Assembly (NCBI GenBank): GCA_010909165.1
Contig: MU008169.1
Coordinates: 1,550,001-1,614,000 of the forward strand
DNA length: 64,000 nt
From: Anthoceros angustus
Taxonomy: Eukaryota; Plantae; Anthocerotophyta
Direction of reading: 5' to 3'
Of this stretch, positions 23,930 through 36,310 are shown in pieces; positions within the stretch are counted from its first letter, which is position 1, and each line of letters begins with the position of its first letter. Both the position numbers and the translations under genes were made by a program. The notes under the pieces were generated by a model. It did no database searches, was not told the origin of the DNA, and saw nothing but the letters and a program-made list of their open reading frames with translations.

Positions 23930-25842
23930 AACCCACGCCGCCGTACGGTTGCTGGGACTATGCTGTTGAATGCGTTGCACTGTGCAAAAGTTTCTGGTGT
24001 GGTGCACACGCGGTTAAGTGTGTTGCTAAGACCAAGGGTTTATTCTGCAGGTGCGGTAAGGCCTTAGGACTGCCGGGAACATAATCAATTAGTGAGGAAG
24101 CTGAGACAACCCACAATCAAAAGCATCCCACGAGCATTGGAATAGCTGAGGTGCTCTGTTCCACAATCAGCGCAGGCACCACACATCAGCATCCTGCCAA
24201 CAGACTGCGTCTCCACGCAGCACTTGTCCCCACGTCGAGTCCCACCTGAAAAACCGTTCGCCCTAGGCGATGGTAGGAAGATCACACTCGCAAGCATACA
24301 AAAACAGATCTTGTAATGAACCGGTTTCTCTCTGGAGCAGCACAACAGGATCAAGTATTATGTTCACTATATAAAACTTTGGGAACTCCCCCTGCTAGCT
24401 ACGATGTCGGGGACTACAGCTCCTCCGAGCAGTCGCATGCTGACCTAAACGTGTAGTCCAAGTATCTTCTCAGCCGAACGAACATGCTTAACAGGGATGA
24501 GCCGAACGACACAACACTCACTTCTTGGGGAACGACAAAAGTCCTTCCCAAATTCTAACCAGGAAATAAGGGAAGTAAGCACGCAGCTAGTCAAATGGCC
24601 TGGCTCCTATTCCCTAGGGTCTCTCTTGGTACACTGACCAGAAAAAAGAGTTCCTGTGTTATGCTTGGTATTACTAGGCAGTATACTACACTAGAATGGT
24701 CAGGAATAGGAAACAGAGCCAAAGCAGACAGCAGACATCTGCTTCTTGCTACGGCACACACCTACCTATGTCTCCAAGAAGTAGTTCCCACTCAGAGACT
24801 CACTCACAAAAAGACAGCACTTCAAGCAAGCCGTCCTTCGGGCTGAACTCAGCTGAGCCCAAGACACCCAACCTCCCATGGAGAATAGCAGAGGCTTAGC
24901 TGCATTTGCAGAAACAGACCATCCCAAGTTGGAGGTGTTTCTACCTGACAAGTCGCTATACATCACAAATTGTGCAACCACTACAGGTCACATCCCTGTG
25001 AAAGAGTCACAGTTATATAAGCTTTACCCTCCATAACCTTCCAGATATGAAAGTTGCCTGCATTTTCTTGATTTGCCGTAGGTGAAACGGGCTTCCAGAT
25101 AGCCTCATATTCACTGGCTACGCCAATAAGCCCTGGGGATGCAGGACCCCAGGGCAAAAGGTGGGCCTCACCAGTCCGCCCACAGAGTGTACATACTAGC
25201 CCTGTTAATCAAATCTCCTACAGAACAGCCAAATTATGGGCTGCGATAATTTCTTGCAATGGCAAGCCTTGTTAGAACCTACAGCTCTACGGCTTTTGCC
25301 CGACTCATTGGCCCCCTTGATCACAGAGAAACGGCCCACAATAAACATCCATAGGCCCCCAAGTTGGCCTCATCTGCAGTAGAGTGCCTTGACGCACTCC
25401 GCATTATGCCCCGGTCCAAAACCTTCGCATCCAGCTCCTGAGCCAAAAGTATGTACTGAGGAATCACTGAGCCTCATCAGGTCCTCTTAGAAGAACGGAA
25501 GTGACACAGACTTCACTGTTGATCTCGCTTAGAGCTCCTCCCCACCTGACTCACAGGCCCTCATCCACTCTCCACTCCACGAGCAAGCTGCTTTGGACCA
25601 TCTATCGCCCTCTCTCAACAATTCCTACCCGACCGACTCAAAGCCAAAGTCAGGACTAGATTTCCCCAAAGTTTGAAGCGGACTGGATTCTCAGTCCGCC
25701 TATAAAGCACCAACCAAGATTATTCACTAGAGAAGCAGGCCGAACAGATGGGCCTTGCTTCACCACAAACTCTCACCAACACAAACGCCAGAAACAACAA
25801 CATTGCGCAGTAACCACTGCGGCCCGGTCTGACCGGGTCATT

Positions 25843-26376
25843 TCACTCTCTCAACAGCACAGTAGTGGACTTAGGCCGAAGCTGCCTGAAAATCCACGAC
25901 AGTCCGGGGGTGAAATTGAAGGACATCCAGCTGGGAAGCACGGAACGCAGTCCCACAGAGGGAACAGGTGCTGCCGGAGAATCTGGAAGTGGACGCGGCG
26001 ATGGGCCGGCCGTGAGCTTGATCCACAAGCGGTGCAAAAACTGCGTAGGAGGATCCTGCTTCACCTCGGCCGCCTGCACGTAGGCCCGGGCTGCCTGCTC
26101 CACCAGATTGTTTCTGATGGGAGGTCTGTCCCCGTAGAAGAGGAACTGGTGCTGCGACAGGGGCAGCGAGTTCCAGGTCCTGCACCTGCGCGCTGGCATT
26201 AGATCTTTGAGACTGGTGTACACCATTGTTCCTCCAGCCTCGAAGTTGCTGAGCTCCGTGGACGCAACCGCAGCTCCCCGCTCCCGAAACAAGGCTTCCT
26301 TCTTAGCTGATCCCTTGCGCCAGCCGAGCATGTCCCACAGCTTCCTGATGCTTGCCTTGAAAGACAAGCTTCCCAT
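25843..26376 (-). CDS. Conserved plant protein of unknown function (YTSLKDL ... IRNxLVxQAAxAY motif family)
   Basis: 177-aa single-exon ORF with YTSLKDLMP and PIRNNLVEQAARAYVQ. Confidence 0.8.
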   Translation of the reverse strand: MGSLSFKASIRKLWDMLGWRKGSAKKEALFRERGAAVASTELSNFEAGGTMVYTSLKDLMPARRCRTWNSLPLSQHQFLFYGDRPPIRNNLVEQAARAYVQAAEVKQDPPTQFLHRLWIKLTAGPSPRPLPDSPAAPVPSVGLRSVLPSWMSFNFTPGLSWIFRQLRPKSTTVLLRE

Positions 26377-27077
26377 CCTCTAATTACCGACTCTAGCAAG
26401 ATAAGCAGATGCACACCACAAACCACACTGCCCCGCTAAGTCCGACGACTCCCACGAACAGACACAACACTGCGCCGCCTTGACAAACACAACAGCACAA
26501 AGCAAAGGGAAGACGGGACAGGGACAGCGCAGGCAGCCACCTGTAACGTCAAGCACCCCGCTCCTACTCCACACAAGTCAAAGCACCACCACTGTCAGAA
26601 CTTCCAGTGCAGCGCAGAATCCGAATTATCCTCCTCCAACACAAATCCCCCGGTCTCCCCGTTCTTGTCGTGATTGGTGCGCGATGTTCCCGACGTGCGA
26701 TGCGAATGCATAACGTCCGCGATTGAGCTTTCACAAACTCCAAGCATAGCAGCTACTCCGCAGAGTCCTTTTACTCACAAGCCCGCCAATACTGCAATGT
26801 CGCATCAGACTACCACAACCCTCACGAGGGAAGAACTCAATCAACAAGACCCGACCACCGCTGGCTGCTTGCTGCTGGCGGTGGAAGGGAAAGAGAAGAA
26901 GACTGCTTCACACAATCACACAAAGGCTTTGCCCAGCCGATGGATCGAAGACAAGCCGAGAAGCGAAGAAGAAGGGAAGAATGACACAGTCCGTCCAGCA
27001 GACGACACAATTGGCGACTCCACAAGAGCCCTTCAGCAGCGTCGCGTTCTCTTCGAGAACGGACAAATCCTTTCAAG

Positions 27078-27215
27078 GAAGAAGAAGAGGAAGAAGAGGA
27101 AGAGCAGAGCGCTGCCTGAGAGGAAGAAGAAGAAGGAGAAGAAGAAGAAGAAGAAGAAGATGGAGAAGCGGTGCTGGACGAGGCGATGGAGAAGGCGGAG
27201 GCAGAAGAAGAAGGC
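27078..27215. repeat. Imperfect (GAA)n low-complexity tract
   Basis: Visible GAAGAA/GAGGAA runs. Confidence 0.9.
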
Positions 27216-27622
27216 AGCCTTCCTCGGGCCTGGCTGGCCGGGGAGGAGAGACAGGCGGGCGTGTTGGGGTGAGAAGGGTGGCGCTGGCTATGCTTTTGAG
27301 GGAAGCATCAACCAGCTAGGCAGAGACAGTGGCAGGCCAGAAGGCTGGCACCCGGACCTAAACCTTCCCCACTGTTTCCACGCGCGGATGACCGAGCCCA
27401 GGCACCGGCTAGCCGTGGCAGGTCGGGCGCAGAGGAGAGAGAGTCCTGGACAGCCAGCTCACGCGGAGGGGCAGCAAGTACAGCGCAGACTGTGCAGTCC
27501 TCTACACGAACCCGGGTCCAGGACCCAGGCCTGTGCCTGTGCCTGTGGCAACCGCAGTCAGGGTCCGAGACCCGAGACCCGAGTCGGGCCAGCCAACATG
27601 GCACGGCACCCACGGCGTGGCG

Positions 27623-27962
27623 CGCGGCGCCCGCACTCACTGTGCAGCCGAGGCGCCGGGCAGTCAAGCAAGCACCAACTTGCGCGGCCACTGAACGGAA
27701 CGGATGTTATAGAGTACAATTACGGGATGCAGGATTGCATCGATTCCCTTCCGGCCCGCCGGGCGCGCACATGGGCCGCATCTTCGGCACCACGCGGCGC
27801 CCGCACTCACTGTGCAGCCGAGGCGCCGGGCAGTCAAGCAAGCACCAACTTGCGCGGCCACTGAACGGAACGGATGTTATAGAGTACAATTACGGGATGC
27901 AGGATTGCATCGATTCCCTTCCGGCCCGCCGGGCGCGCACATGGGCCGCATCTTCGGCACCA
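27623..27962. repeat. Perfect 170-bp GC-rich tandem duplication
   Basis: Units start at 27623 and 27793; no mismatch seen. Confidence 0.9.
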
Positions 27963-28009
27963 CCGGCCTCTGTGCCATCCATCATTTCCTCCCTTCCCCG
28001 CAATCTCTC

Positions 28010-28079
28010 GGCGGCGGTGATTCGAAACCGCGACCTCGGACTCCCATACCGCCGACTTAACCACCAAGCTACCGCGCAG
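28010..28079 (-). other. tRNA-derived sequence (SINE head or tRNA pseudogene)
   Basis: Box A TAGCTTGGTGG (28071-28061) and box B GTTTCGAATC (28028-28019) with tRNA-like spacing. T-stem GCGGT/ACCGC is intact; the anticodon arm and acceptor stem are imperfect. Confidence 0.55.
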
Positions 28080-28829
28080 ACATAACTCCAACTACAGTGG
28101 GTTAGAAAAACCTTATCCCCCTCCCGGACTAACCGCGAGGCACCGACCAGGGGAGGCCCGGGGCGGTCCCGGGGGCCCGGGGCCCGGGGCCCGGTTACTA
28201 TCCGAACCGCGTCACTTCCGGTGCCGCCACGTAGTCCCAGACTTCCATTAGGGAGCCCGCCTCGGGCGCTTTCAAATAATCCTTCCCTGATAATTCAAAC
28301 GGCGCGGCTAAGCAGGGCGCCGGACCAGTCAGCCGGCGCATGTGGCCACGTCACCGGCCCCGGCGTGCCCCTCGTTCCCTCCGCGCTGCCCGGCGCGTCC
28401 GACGCTGACGTACCGTGTCGCGTGGGCTTGGACCCGAGCCTGGGACCCCCGGCTCGGAAAGCTGCGGCCGCTGGGTCGGAGCATCAGAACCCACCTGAAG
28501 CCACTCCAGCCAGGCCCCGACGCGTGTCCCAACGCTAGCTAGGCCTGTGTATTTCGCTCCCCAGTTCCGTCCCGAACTCACTCACTCCAGCTGTTCCCGA
28601 CTCTTCCCGTGCGGGCGCCTACCTCCTCCTTCCTCCGTTACAAAATCAAACCTTGGGAAACGCGCAACCCCGTAGCTTAGGTGGGTTGTTTTTTCGTCAT
28701 CGGAAGAAAGCTCCCGCGCCTTTCACACAACGTACATGATTATTCGAAAAATTTGTGTTAAGAGACTTCGAAGCGCCACACCTTCTTCATTCCAGTTCTC
28801 TCCAAGCCTTGACGTAGTCGCCATATTTC

Positions 28830-28879
28830 ATCCGTCCTCACTGGACTTCAATAAAATTCTTCTTCTTCTTCTTCTTCTT
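28830..28879 (+). mobile_element. Isolated 3' tail of the short retroposon family
   Basis: ATCCGTCCTCACTGGACTTCAATAAAATTC(TTC)n matches the end of copy A. Confidence 0.65.
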
Positions 28880-29635
28880 GATAAGCACGAGATCACTTCC
28901 CCTTCAAAATAACGTAGGAGTGAGAGAAGAAATCAACACAAAAAACACGGAAGGTGTGCATCACGAGCCAAGGATTGGTTGCATTTCCGAGCAAGAATGT
29001 GTGTGGGGAGGGAGGCGGGGAGATGGGTGCGTGGATCCGTATGGACGGCACGGCACGGCACGGCATACGGAAGGGGGCCTGTTGACTGGAATGGTCTAGC
29101 GGTAATTAAAAAAATTAAAGAGGGTGGGCGGAAAAGGAGAAAGATGCGTGGTCACGTTGGAGGCGTGAAGGATTGTGGTCCAAGAAAGGAGAGACGGGAC
29201 CCAGCGAGCCTTTTTACACACGGGCAGTGTCAGGCGGTTGGGAAGGGCACGCCGCTGTCGTTTGCGCGTCATGCGGCCCGATACGGGCCGCTCGTCAAAT
29301 ATCTGGCCCGGGTTATTATGACACTCCCATATCAGGCTGCCGTGGGCGTGGGGCCATTATCGGGCTTCGGTTTCGACATTCGCATACGTATGTGCATATG
29401 CCGCGGCCCGGGACCGAGGATCCCATCCGCCCGCGTGTTCGCTGGTTATGGCATGGAGGGTGTATGAAAAAAGATTTTTATAATTAATTATAATGATCAT
29501 AGTGTGACGTTCTGTAAGACAATGTCGGTATTGGTAACAGAGGATCTTGAATTTTCATAGCAGACTACCTTTGTGCCATTTTGCTTACAAAATAAGTAAA
29601 AACATGTCAAATATATTTCAGTCAGACAAGGAGTA

Positions 29636-30319
29636 TCAAACGTTCTTATGTTTGGCATGATACATAAATGCCCAAACTATCACGTAAATTGAAGCGACAT
29701 AAAGCACAATGCATAAGAATATGAAGGTTGTCATTTCGCTCAAGATCTCTTCTTCTTCTTGTTTTGCAATTTCCTCAAACAATGACCTCCTAGGCTGAGG
29801 AGGGTTGGGGGTCCTTGTTGATTCACTCTCATTTGGTCTATTTATTGAAGGTTCGAGCTCCTTTTGTACGTCGATGCATGTTGAACTCTTCGTTGTTTCG
29901 TCGATTAAAGGTTCACGATCATCATCTGGTATGTCGATAAATATTGACGGACTTGTTGGCTCCTCGGTAGTGTTGCACAGTTCATATACAGCTTCACTCT
30001 TCTTTGATTTGATGCGTGATTTCTCTTCGGTAATCTTGCAAACCTCGTAAATAGGTTCACTCTTCTTTGATTTGATATATGAGTTCTCCTCGGTATTACT
30101 ACAGAGCTCGTATACACCTTCACTCTTCTTTGATTTGGTATATGATTTCTCTTCGGTAATCTTGCAGACCTCATATTCAGGTTCACCTTTCGTTGATTTG
30201 TCCTTCAAAGCCCCACCCGTGGTGATTTTGCTTGGCCTGTTTGAGGGTTCACTTTCGTCTGATTTTTCAATCAAACATTCATGGTCCTCATGTGCTACAA
30301 CGATATGTCGATTCCACAT
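29636..30319 (-). CDS. Orphan 227-aa tail-anchored protein with 3.6 copies of a 21-aa repeat
   Basis: Long ATG ORF in AT-rich DNA. Repeat ExxYE(V/L)CxxTEExSxxKSKKS and C-terminal TM segment FIFLCIVLYVASIYVIVWAFMY. Candidate 5' UTR intron at 30488-30333 (GTAACT donor, CTAAC branch point, TTTTGAAG acceptor). Confidence 0.6.
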   Translation of the reverse strand: MWNRHIVVAHEDHECLIEKSDESEPSNRPSKITTGGALKDKSTKGEPEYEVCKITEEKSYTKSKKSEGVYELCSNTEENSYIKSKKSEPIYEVCKITEEKSRIKSKKSEAVYELCNTTEEPTSPSIFIDIPDDDREPLIDETTKSSTCIDVQKELEPSINRPNESESTRTPNPPQPRRSLFEEIAKQEEEEILSEMTTFIFLCIVLYVASIYVIVWAFMYHAKHKNV

Positions 30320-30634
30320 GGTGATAAGCTGCCTTCAAAAATTTATAAAATATCAAAAATGTTAGGAGTGTCAATAAGCGTCACATTGCTTGCAGTTGTA
30401 TAGTACTACACTTATATAAAAACACATGTTAATTCATATACAAGAAATACTAGAATTATAATAAGCTAAATTTTGCTCATCTAGTTACCTTGCTCTTGAC
30501 CTAAAAAATGAAAAAAACATGATAATATCGCTATGCATTAAAATGCAGCCACAAATACTGAAAAATGTGGAATAATCAAAACTCGAATGCTTGATGAAAT
30601 ACTGGATACTTGAAGAACTCAAATGTTTATGCTA

Positions 30635-30885
30635 CCACAAGAACAAAAATAATGAACTGCTATAACACAAGCCTCATACTTATATTACTTGAGGTCTAAC
30701 ATTTTAGGAAAACACTTCTGATACCATAAGAACAAAATAAGGCTATTCTAGCGTAAACCTCTACTTACTTTCCTTGAGCCATGCCATTTTAGGAAAGTGC
30801 TTCTCGTACCATAAGAACAAAAATGAGTGAAGCGAAGACCTCTTACTTATTCCGTAAGCTCTCATATTAGGAAAGTGATAACTTC
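30635..30885. repeat. Three diverged ~85-89-bp tandem units
   Basis: AAGAACAAAA at 30639, 30728 and 30813, each followed by ...CTTA...(T/A)TTAGGAAA. Confidence 0.7.
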
Positions 30886-31034
30886 AATCCAAAGACTTTT
30901 TAGTTCAATACCTCCTTATTTGAGCACTACTATCTTCAGCAAAATTTAATAACAACTCCTCTATAAACTTCTTATTTGAATGCTTCCTAAATTAAGCATT
31001 GTCATCGTATACAAATGACTACTCAATCTAAAGA

Positions 31035-31727
31035 CTTCTTATTTCAATGCGTCTTCATTTAAGTGCTGCCATCTTAGACAAATGACCTCTAGTCTAAAGC
31101 CTTCATATTTTAATGGCTCTTAATTAATTCTCAACTCCAACATGTGAGTATGTATCATAAATTTTGTCACCAATTTAGCAATCTTTAAATCCAATTTACA
31201 TGTGATCTTAAACAGAGAAGCGAAATGACAGTCTCCTATTTCCAGTATCAACACTCTTGAGTGCTGATACTCTTAAGTGCTGATACTGGAATACTACACG
31301 ATGTATCGCTGTAATACTACACGATGTCCTTGTACAAGTTGTGAAACTATCAAGTACTATGATAGAAAATTTCATTCAAGTCGTCCATAATAATGGACTT
31401 CTTCTATTTTAATTCAAGTCGTCTTTAATAATAGACTTCTTTTATCTTAATTCAAGTCGTCCATAATAATAGACTTTTTCTATCTTAGTTCAAGTCGTCC
31501 ATAATAATAGACTTCTTCTATCTTCCTTCCTTCTTATTTCAATGCGCATGTCTTCATTTAAGTACTGCCATCTTAGAAAAATGACCTCTAGTCTAAAGAC
31601 TTCATATTTTAATGTCTCTTAATTAATTCTCAACTCCAACAGGTGAGTATGTATCATAAATTTTGTCACCAATTTAGCAATCTTCAAATCCAATTTACAT
31701 GTGATCTTAAACGGAGAAGCAAAATGA
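31035..31727. repeat. ~195-bp direct repeat (31035-31228 and 31530-31727) enclosing a 4 x 38-bp tandem array (31374-31524)
   Basis: Direct alignment by eye. The 38-bp unit is ATTCAAGTCGTCCATAATAATAGACTTCTTCTATCTTA. Confidence 0.85.
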
Positions 31728-32904
31728 AGATCTCCAACTTCCATATCAGCACTCTTACATAAATAACAACTTGGTAGATACACCTAATTCTTTATGTCAA
31801 CGCACCAAATGATGAGAATCATACACTTGCTCAAAGAGTGTCTAGCATTAAGCACAAAAGAAAGTACAAGTGTTTATGTAGCATAGGTGGTTATAGGTTG
31901 TTCCAACTAACATAACTAATTAACTATAATAATAATGACCTAATGCCCTAAGAATTAAATAGTACTTAATTCGACGGATTTCTAGGTGCCCTAGCAAATA
32001 GTACCAAAATAGGTAAATATTTCACCACTCCCACTCACTATAAGATGAAGATGAGAATAGGGTAGTTATAAGTAGTAATAATAAGTCTAACTCAAGTTTT
32101 CAAATGAAAAACAACCAATGAATGAGAACTAAAACAAAAGAAAAAAAGGGAGATTCCCAAAAAAGGAAATCGGAAAATCCCTATCTTATCCCATATACCG
32201 CATATGACACATGCCGTAACCATCATCCCCCACAACAAGTCGCTGTCGAAATATGGCCAAGGTCACAAAGCATAGAGCTATGGCCAAGATCAAGAGAGCA
32301 CAAAAGCGCCAAAACCAGAGAACGAGGTCGCCTCTGCACCGTATCCACCATGCTGTCGTATATCGGAGAAGGGCTTCGACCGCGCATCCGTTGCTTATGC
32401 TACAATCTATAGGCCAAAGGAGTAAGAGGAAACCGGCCCTGCTGTGCTTGCCGATGTTGCATTCAAAGGAGGGCCTGCTGATGCTACGTCCATGTGTTGA
32501 GGCAAGACGGACTCCGCGCTTGTGTCTGCCGCTGTCGCGGCTGCCATTGCTGCTAGCAGCCTTGGAGGTTAAGGGCGGATCGACGCCAGTGGTGCCTGCA
32601 GCACTTGCAGCGCCATCGCCTGTCCAAGATTATGTTCAGCCAGCACCTGAGAGAACTTTGTCCGGGCGCGATGAGGAGGGAGAGGCATTCAAGTCGTTCG
32701 CATCAGATGCAATGAGAAGCCTACACAAATTGGTATCCATCACTGAAGGTTGGAGAAGCCGCCCTACACAAGAAATGGTGATGGGCCTGCAACACTCCAC
32801 TTCCAATAACGAGAAATCTGATGTGCGCCACAAAGAATGCTTTCCCCGATTTTTTGAGCTATCCTCATTCGCAAATGATTCGGGCGTTGACACCTTCGAG
32901 GATG

Positions 32905-33600
32905 TAGATATGATGCCTGATATAGATTTTCGGGTGTCAAGGTCATCAGCATAGTCGGCGTCGGCATAAGCTGTTAAAATTAACTTTTTGATACCAGGTG
33001 TATGTTTATACATTAGTCCAATATGCATGGTACCCTTGAGATATATGAATATGCATTTAACTGATATCAAGTGTTCTTGTCCAGGGTTTTCGAAAAAAAT
33101 TGAACAAACGCTGACTTCGAAAGATAAATCAGGTCTCATAAAGTTGCTGAAGTATATTAGAGTCATAACTGCATGTCTATAATTTTTGACATCTCCAACT
33201 TATCCGCATCGGTATTTGGACTCATAGCTGAGGTAAGTCGAATGCCACTAGCATAAAGAGTAGGGGTACCCTTTGCATCCTCAAGTCCAAATTCAGCTAA
33301 ACTTTTTTTAATATATTTGGTCTGAATTATATTTAAATTTTTATTAAATCTATCTTAAATAATATTAATTCCGAGAGCATAAGTCATTTCTCCAAGATCA
33401 GTCATCTCAAAATGACGCTTAACCAAGCCTTAATTTCTGCTATGAGGGAAGTTGATGATGAAGCCTAAATAAGTCATCAACATATAGTAATAGGTAAAAT
33501 ATATCATTTCCTAATATTAAGCTATACACGCTAGGATCTGCCTTGCTTCGTCTTAAGCCTCTTTTAACTAGCTTAACATGTATAATAACATTTCATTATT
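32905..33600 (-). mobile_element. Ty1/copia RT-RNaseH remnant, degenerate
   Basis: ADPSVY, LLYVDD (33484-33473), FEMTDLG, RPDLSF and AYADADYADDLDTRKSISG; broken by stops and frameshifts. Confidence 0.92.
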
Positions 33601-33842
33601 TGTCTTACTGGCCATAAACATTTAATGAGTTTGCATACCCAGTCTTCCTTACCCTTAACTTCATAACCCTCAAGGTTGTCTCACACATACGATTTCTTTC
33701 CTCTAACAATAAAAAGATGCAAGTACATGTAGTGAATATTCTAATTGCAAAGAAAACTCCAAAAATCAAATCTTTCCATATAGAAGAAAAAAAGATGTCC
33801 AACGATATTTCCAATGTCCTCTATAGAGCGATGGAAATATGT

Positions 33843-33905
33843 TGGCCAACGTGAAATGAAAATAATGATGGCCAACGTGAAATGAAAATAATGATGGCCA
33901 ACGTC
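33843..33905. repeat. 26-bp tandem repeat x2.3
   Basis: TGGCCAACGTGAAATGAAAATAATGA at 33843 and 33869, partial at 33895. Confidence 0.85.
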
Positions 33906-34232
33906 CTCTACAGAGCGATAGAAATATGTTGCCAGAAGAAAGCCACCACACAGGATAGACGAAGACCTACCTCGTTATTATGAATGTGGTAGGCTTTAGC
34001 ACAACTCTTCATGTTTCCTCAAAAAATTCTTGCCCATGGCCCCCTAAAGTCTCGATGAAAAATCCTTACCCATGGCCCTATGAGTTTGGATAGCAAAGGG
34101 AATGAAAGCATGACTCGTCCATATGGAGGTGTACTTGTGAATCTTGGCTATAGTTCATCCCTCAGTTGCCCAACTCACAGGGTTGATGATAGAGATGCTT
34201 GCAAACGGTATACCAGGTAGGGTTTGTTACAA

Positions 34233-34334
34233 CCGCATCTGCAATAGAGACATGGTCCCTCGAAGTCAAACTAAGTAAGCCCTCCGCATCTGCAATAGAG
34301 ATATAGTCCCTCCAAGTCAAACTAAGTAAGCCCT
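34233..34334. repeat. 51-bp tandem duplication
   Basis: CCGCATCTGCAATAGAGA... at 34233 and 34284. Confidence 0.85.
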
Positions 34335-34688
34335 GCGAATGGCATTGAGCAAAGTATAAGAGCACTTATGGAAGGAAAGAATCCGCTCTTCTTCGCCTTC
34401 AAAAAGATGACATCTTAGACGGCATCGTGTATATTTATGTACATGGATCCAGAACATGATATTTCAGATAGCATTGTGTATATTTATATGTAAATTAGAT
34501 TGGGCTACGAGATATATACGTAGATAGTTACCTATACATATATATTAGGTCTATCGGGAGAGGACACGATGCGCTACATACCTGCCTAGATCTATCTATG
34601 TACCTATATTCTGCCTAGGAGGTCAGACATCCTGTTATTCCGGTTTTCATCTCGCCCGCGGAGGGTCGTGCGCTTGCTGACAGCCAAG

Positions 34689-35204
<516 letters not shown>

Positions 35205-36310
35205 GGTTGCCGCCGGGCTGGAGGGAATGGCGAAAGCGAAGGAGCCTGCGCTGGAAGAGCTGATCTGCGGGTGTGGCTGGGTAGCCGTCATTAGTGGAAG
35301 TTGGAATCCTGTAAAGAAGCAGGTGATGCCAGGGTTGGATCTTCAGCTATCGATAGTTTGCAGAAGCATAGATAGTGACCAGGCTGCGGTTTTGGTCTCC
35401 CACATGCATATTTTAGCTTTACCACCAACCTACTTCCGTGTTTTGTCTCACGACTTGTAGTGGTGAGGACAAGTCCCTTTTCGGGAAGGCGCGCCAAGCT
35501 TCATGTGTGTATTTGTGGCACTTTGTAACACCTTCTGACTCTACTGTCCAGCTTTTTATGCGCTTCGTTTCTTGCCTTTTCATGTCGGTCGGTGCGGGTG
35601 TGTGATCGAGATTCCAGTCCTGTTCCTCTGCGCTCTACGTTTCATGTGGTGCCACTGTGTTCCAGCAGCTGAGAAGACCCACCCACGTGCATTGAAGTGT
35701 CAGATGTTCCATTCATGCAGCCACCTGGTAGCCCCCCGTTTCCATGTGCCATCAGCTGTCACCTGGCTCTCATCAAGTTTTCGTCGTTCTGATGGAGGCA
35801 CTACATCCACAGTGAAGCTGCTACAGGTGTCTCCATGGCAACTCTTGCTGACAAGATTGACAGGGGATAACACTGTTGACATCACCCTGCGGACGAACAT
35901 TGACAAGCACCCATGGAAGCGTATGAAGCAAGTACCAGTGCTGAGTGCAAGGACGGAACTTCCCGGCGAATATGTCTACAGCTTCTGTGCTGTGGAGTGG
36001 CCTTGCCTGCAGTTCCAATTTTGTTTCACGACAAGTGGCAACGTAACCGTTGCAGGGCACGCGTCCATGGAATGGGGCCACGTTATTATGCTCACGTCTT
36101 GTTATGCTTACCAGCATGGATTGTGCACGATCTACTTACCACTATGGACGCGCGGTAGCTATAGTCGTGGGTCGGATGCACTCCCAGGCGCTGTTGGGCT
36201 GCCTTCTGGTTGCAGGTTGTGGAGTTCTGTCTGAGTGTTTTGATGATGCTGCTGTTGGGGCCTGAGCTGGGGAAAGGTTTGGAAGATAATAAGCTCGTTG
36301 CGCAAGGGCC

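Noticed and set aside
26674-27864. 396-aa ORF and overlapping ORFs
   Set aside because: They are held open by the GAA tract and the GC-rich duplication, with no domain or splice support.
28010-28079. Functional tRNA gene
   Set aside because: The anticodon arm and acceptor stem are imperfect, so it is kept only as tRNA-derived sequence.
29491-29504. TAGTG as a CACTA right terminus
   Set aside because: No partner CACTA end and no subterminal repeats were found.
31374-31524. 4 x 38-bp array with an internal palindrome as a possible CRISPR array
   Set aside because: The units are head-to-tail with no unique spacers, there are no cas genes, and the context is eukaryotic.
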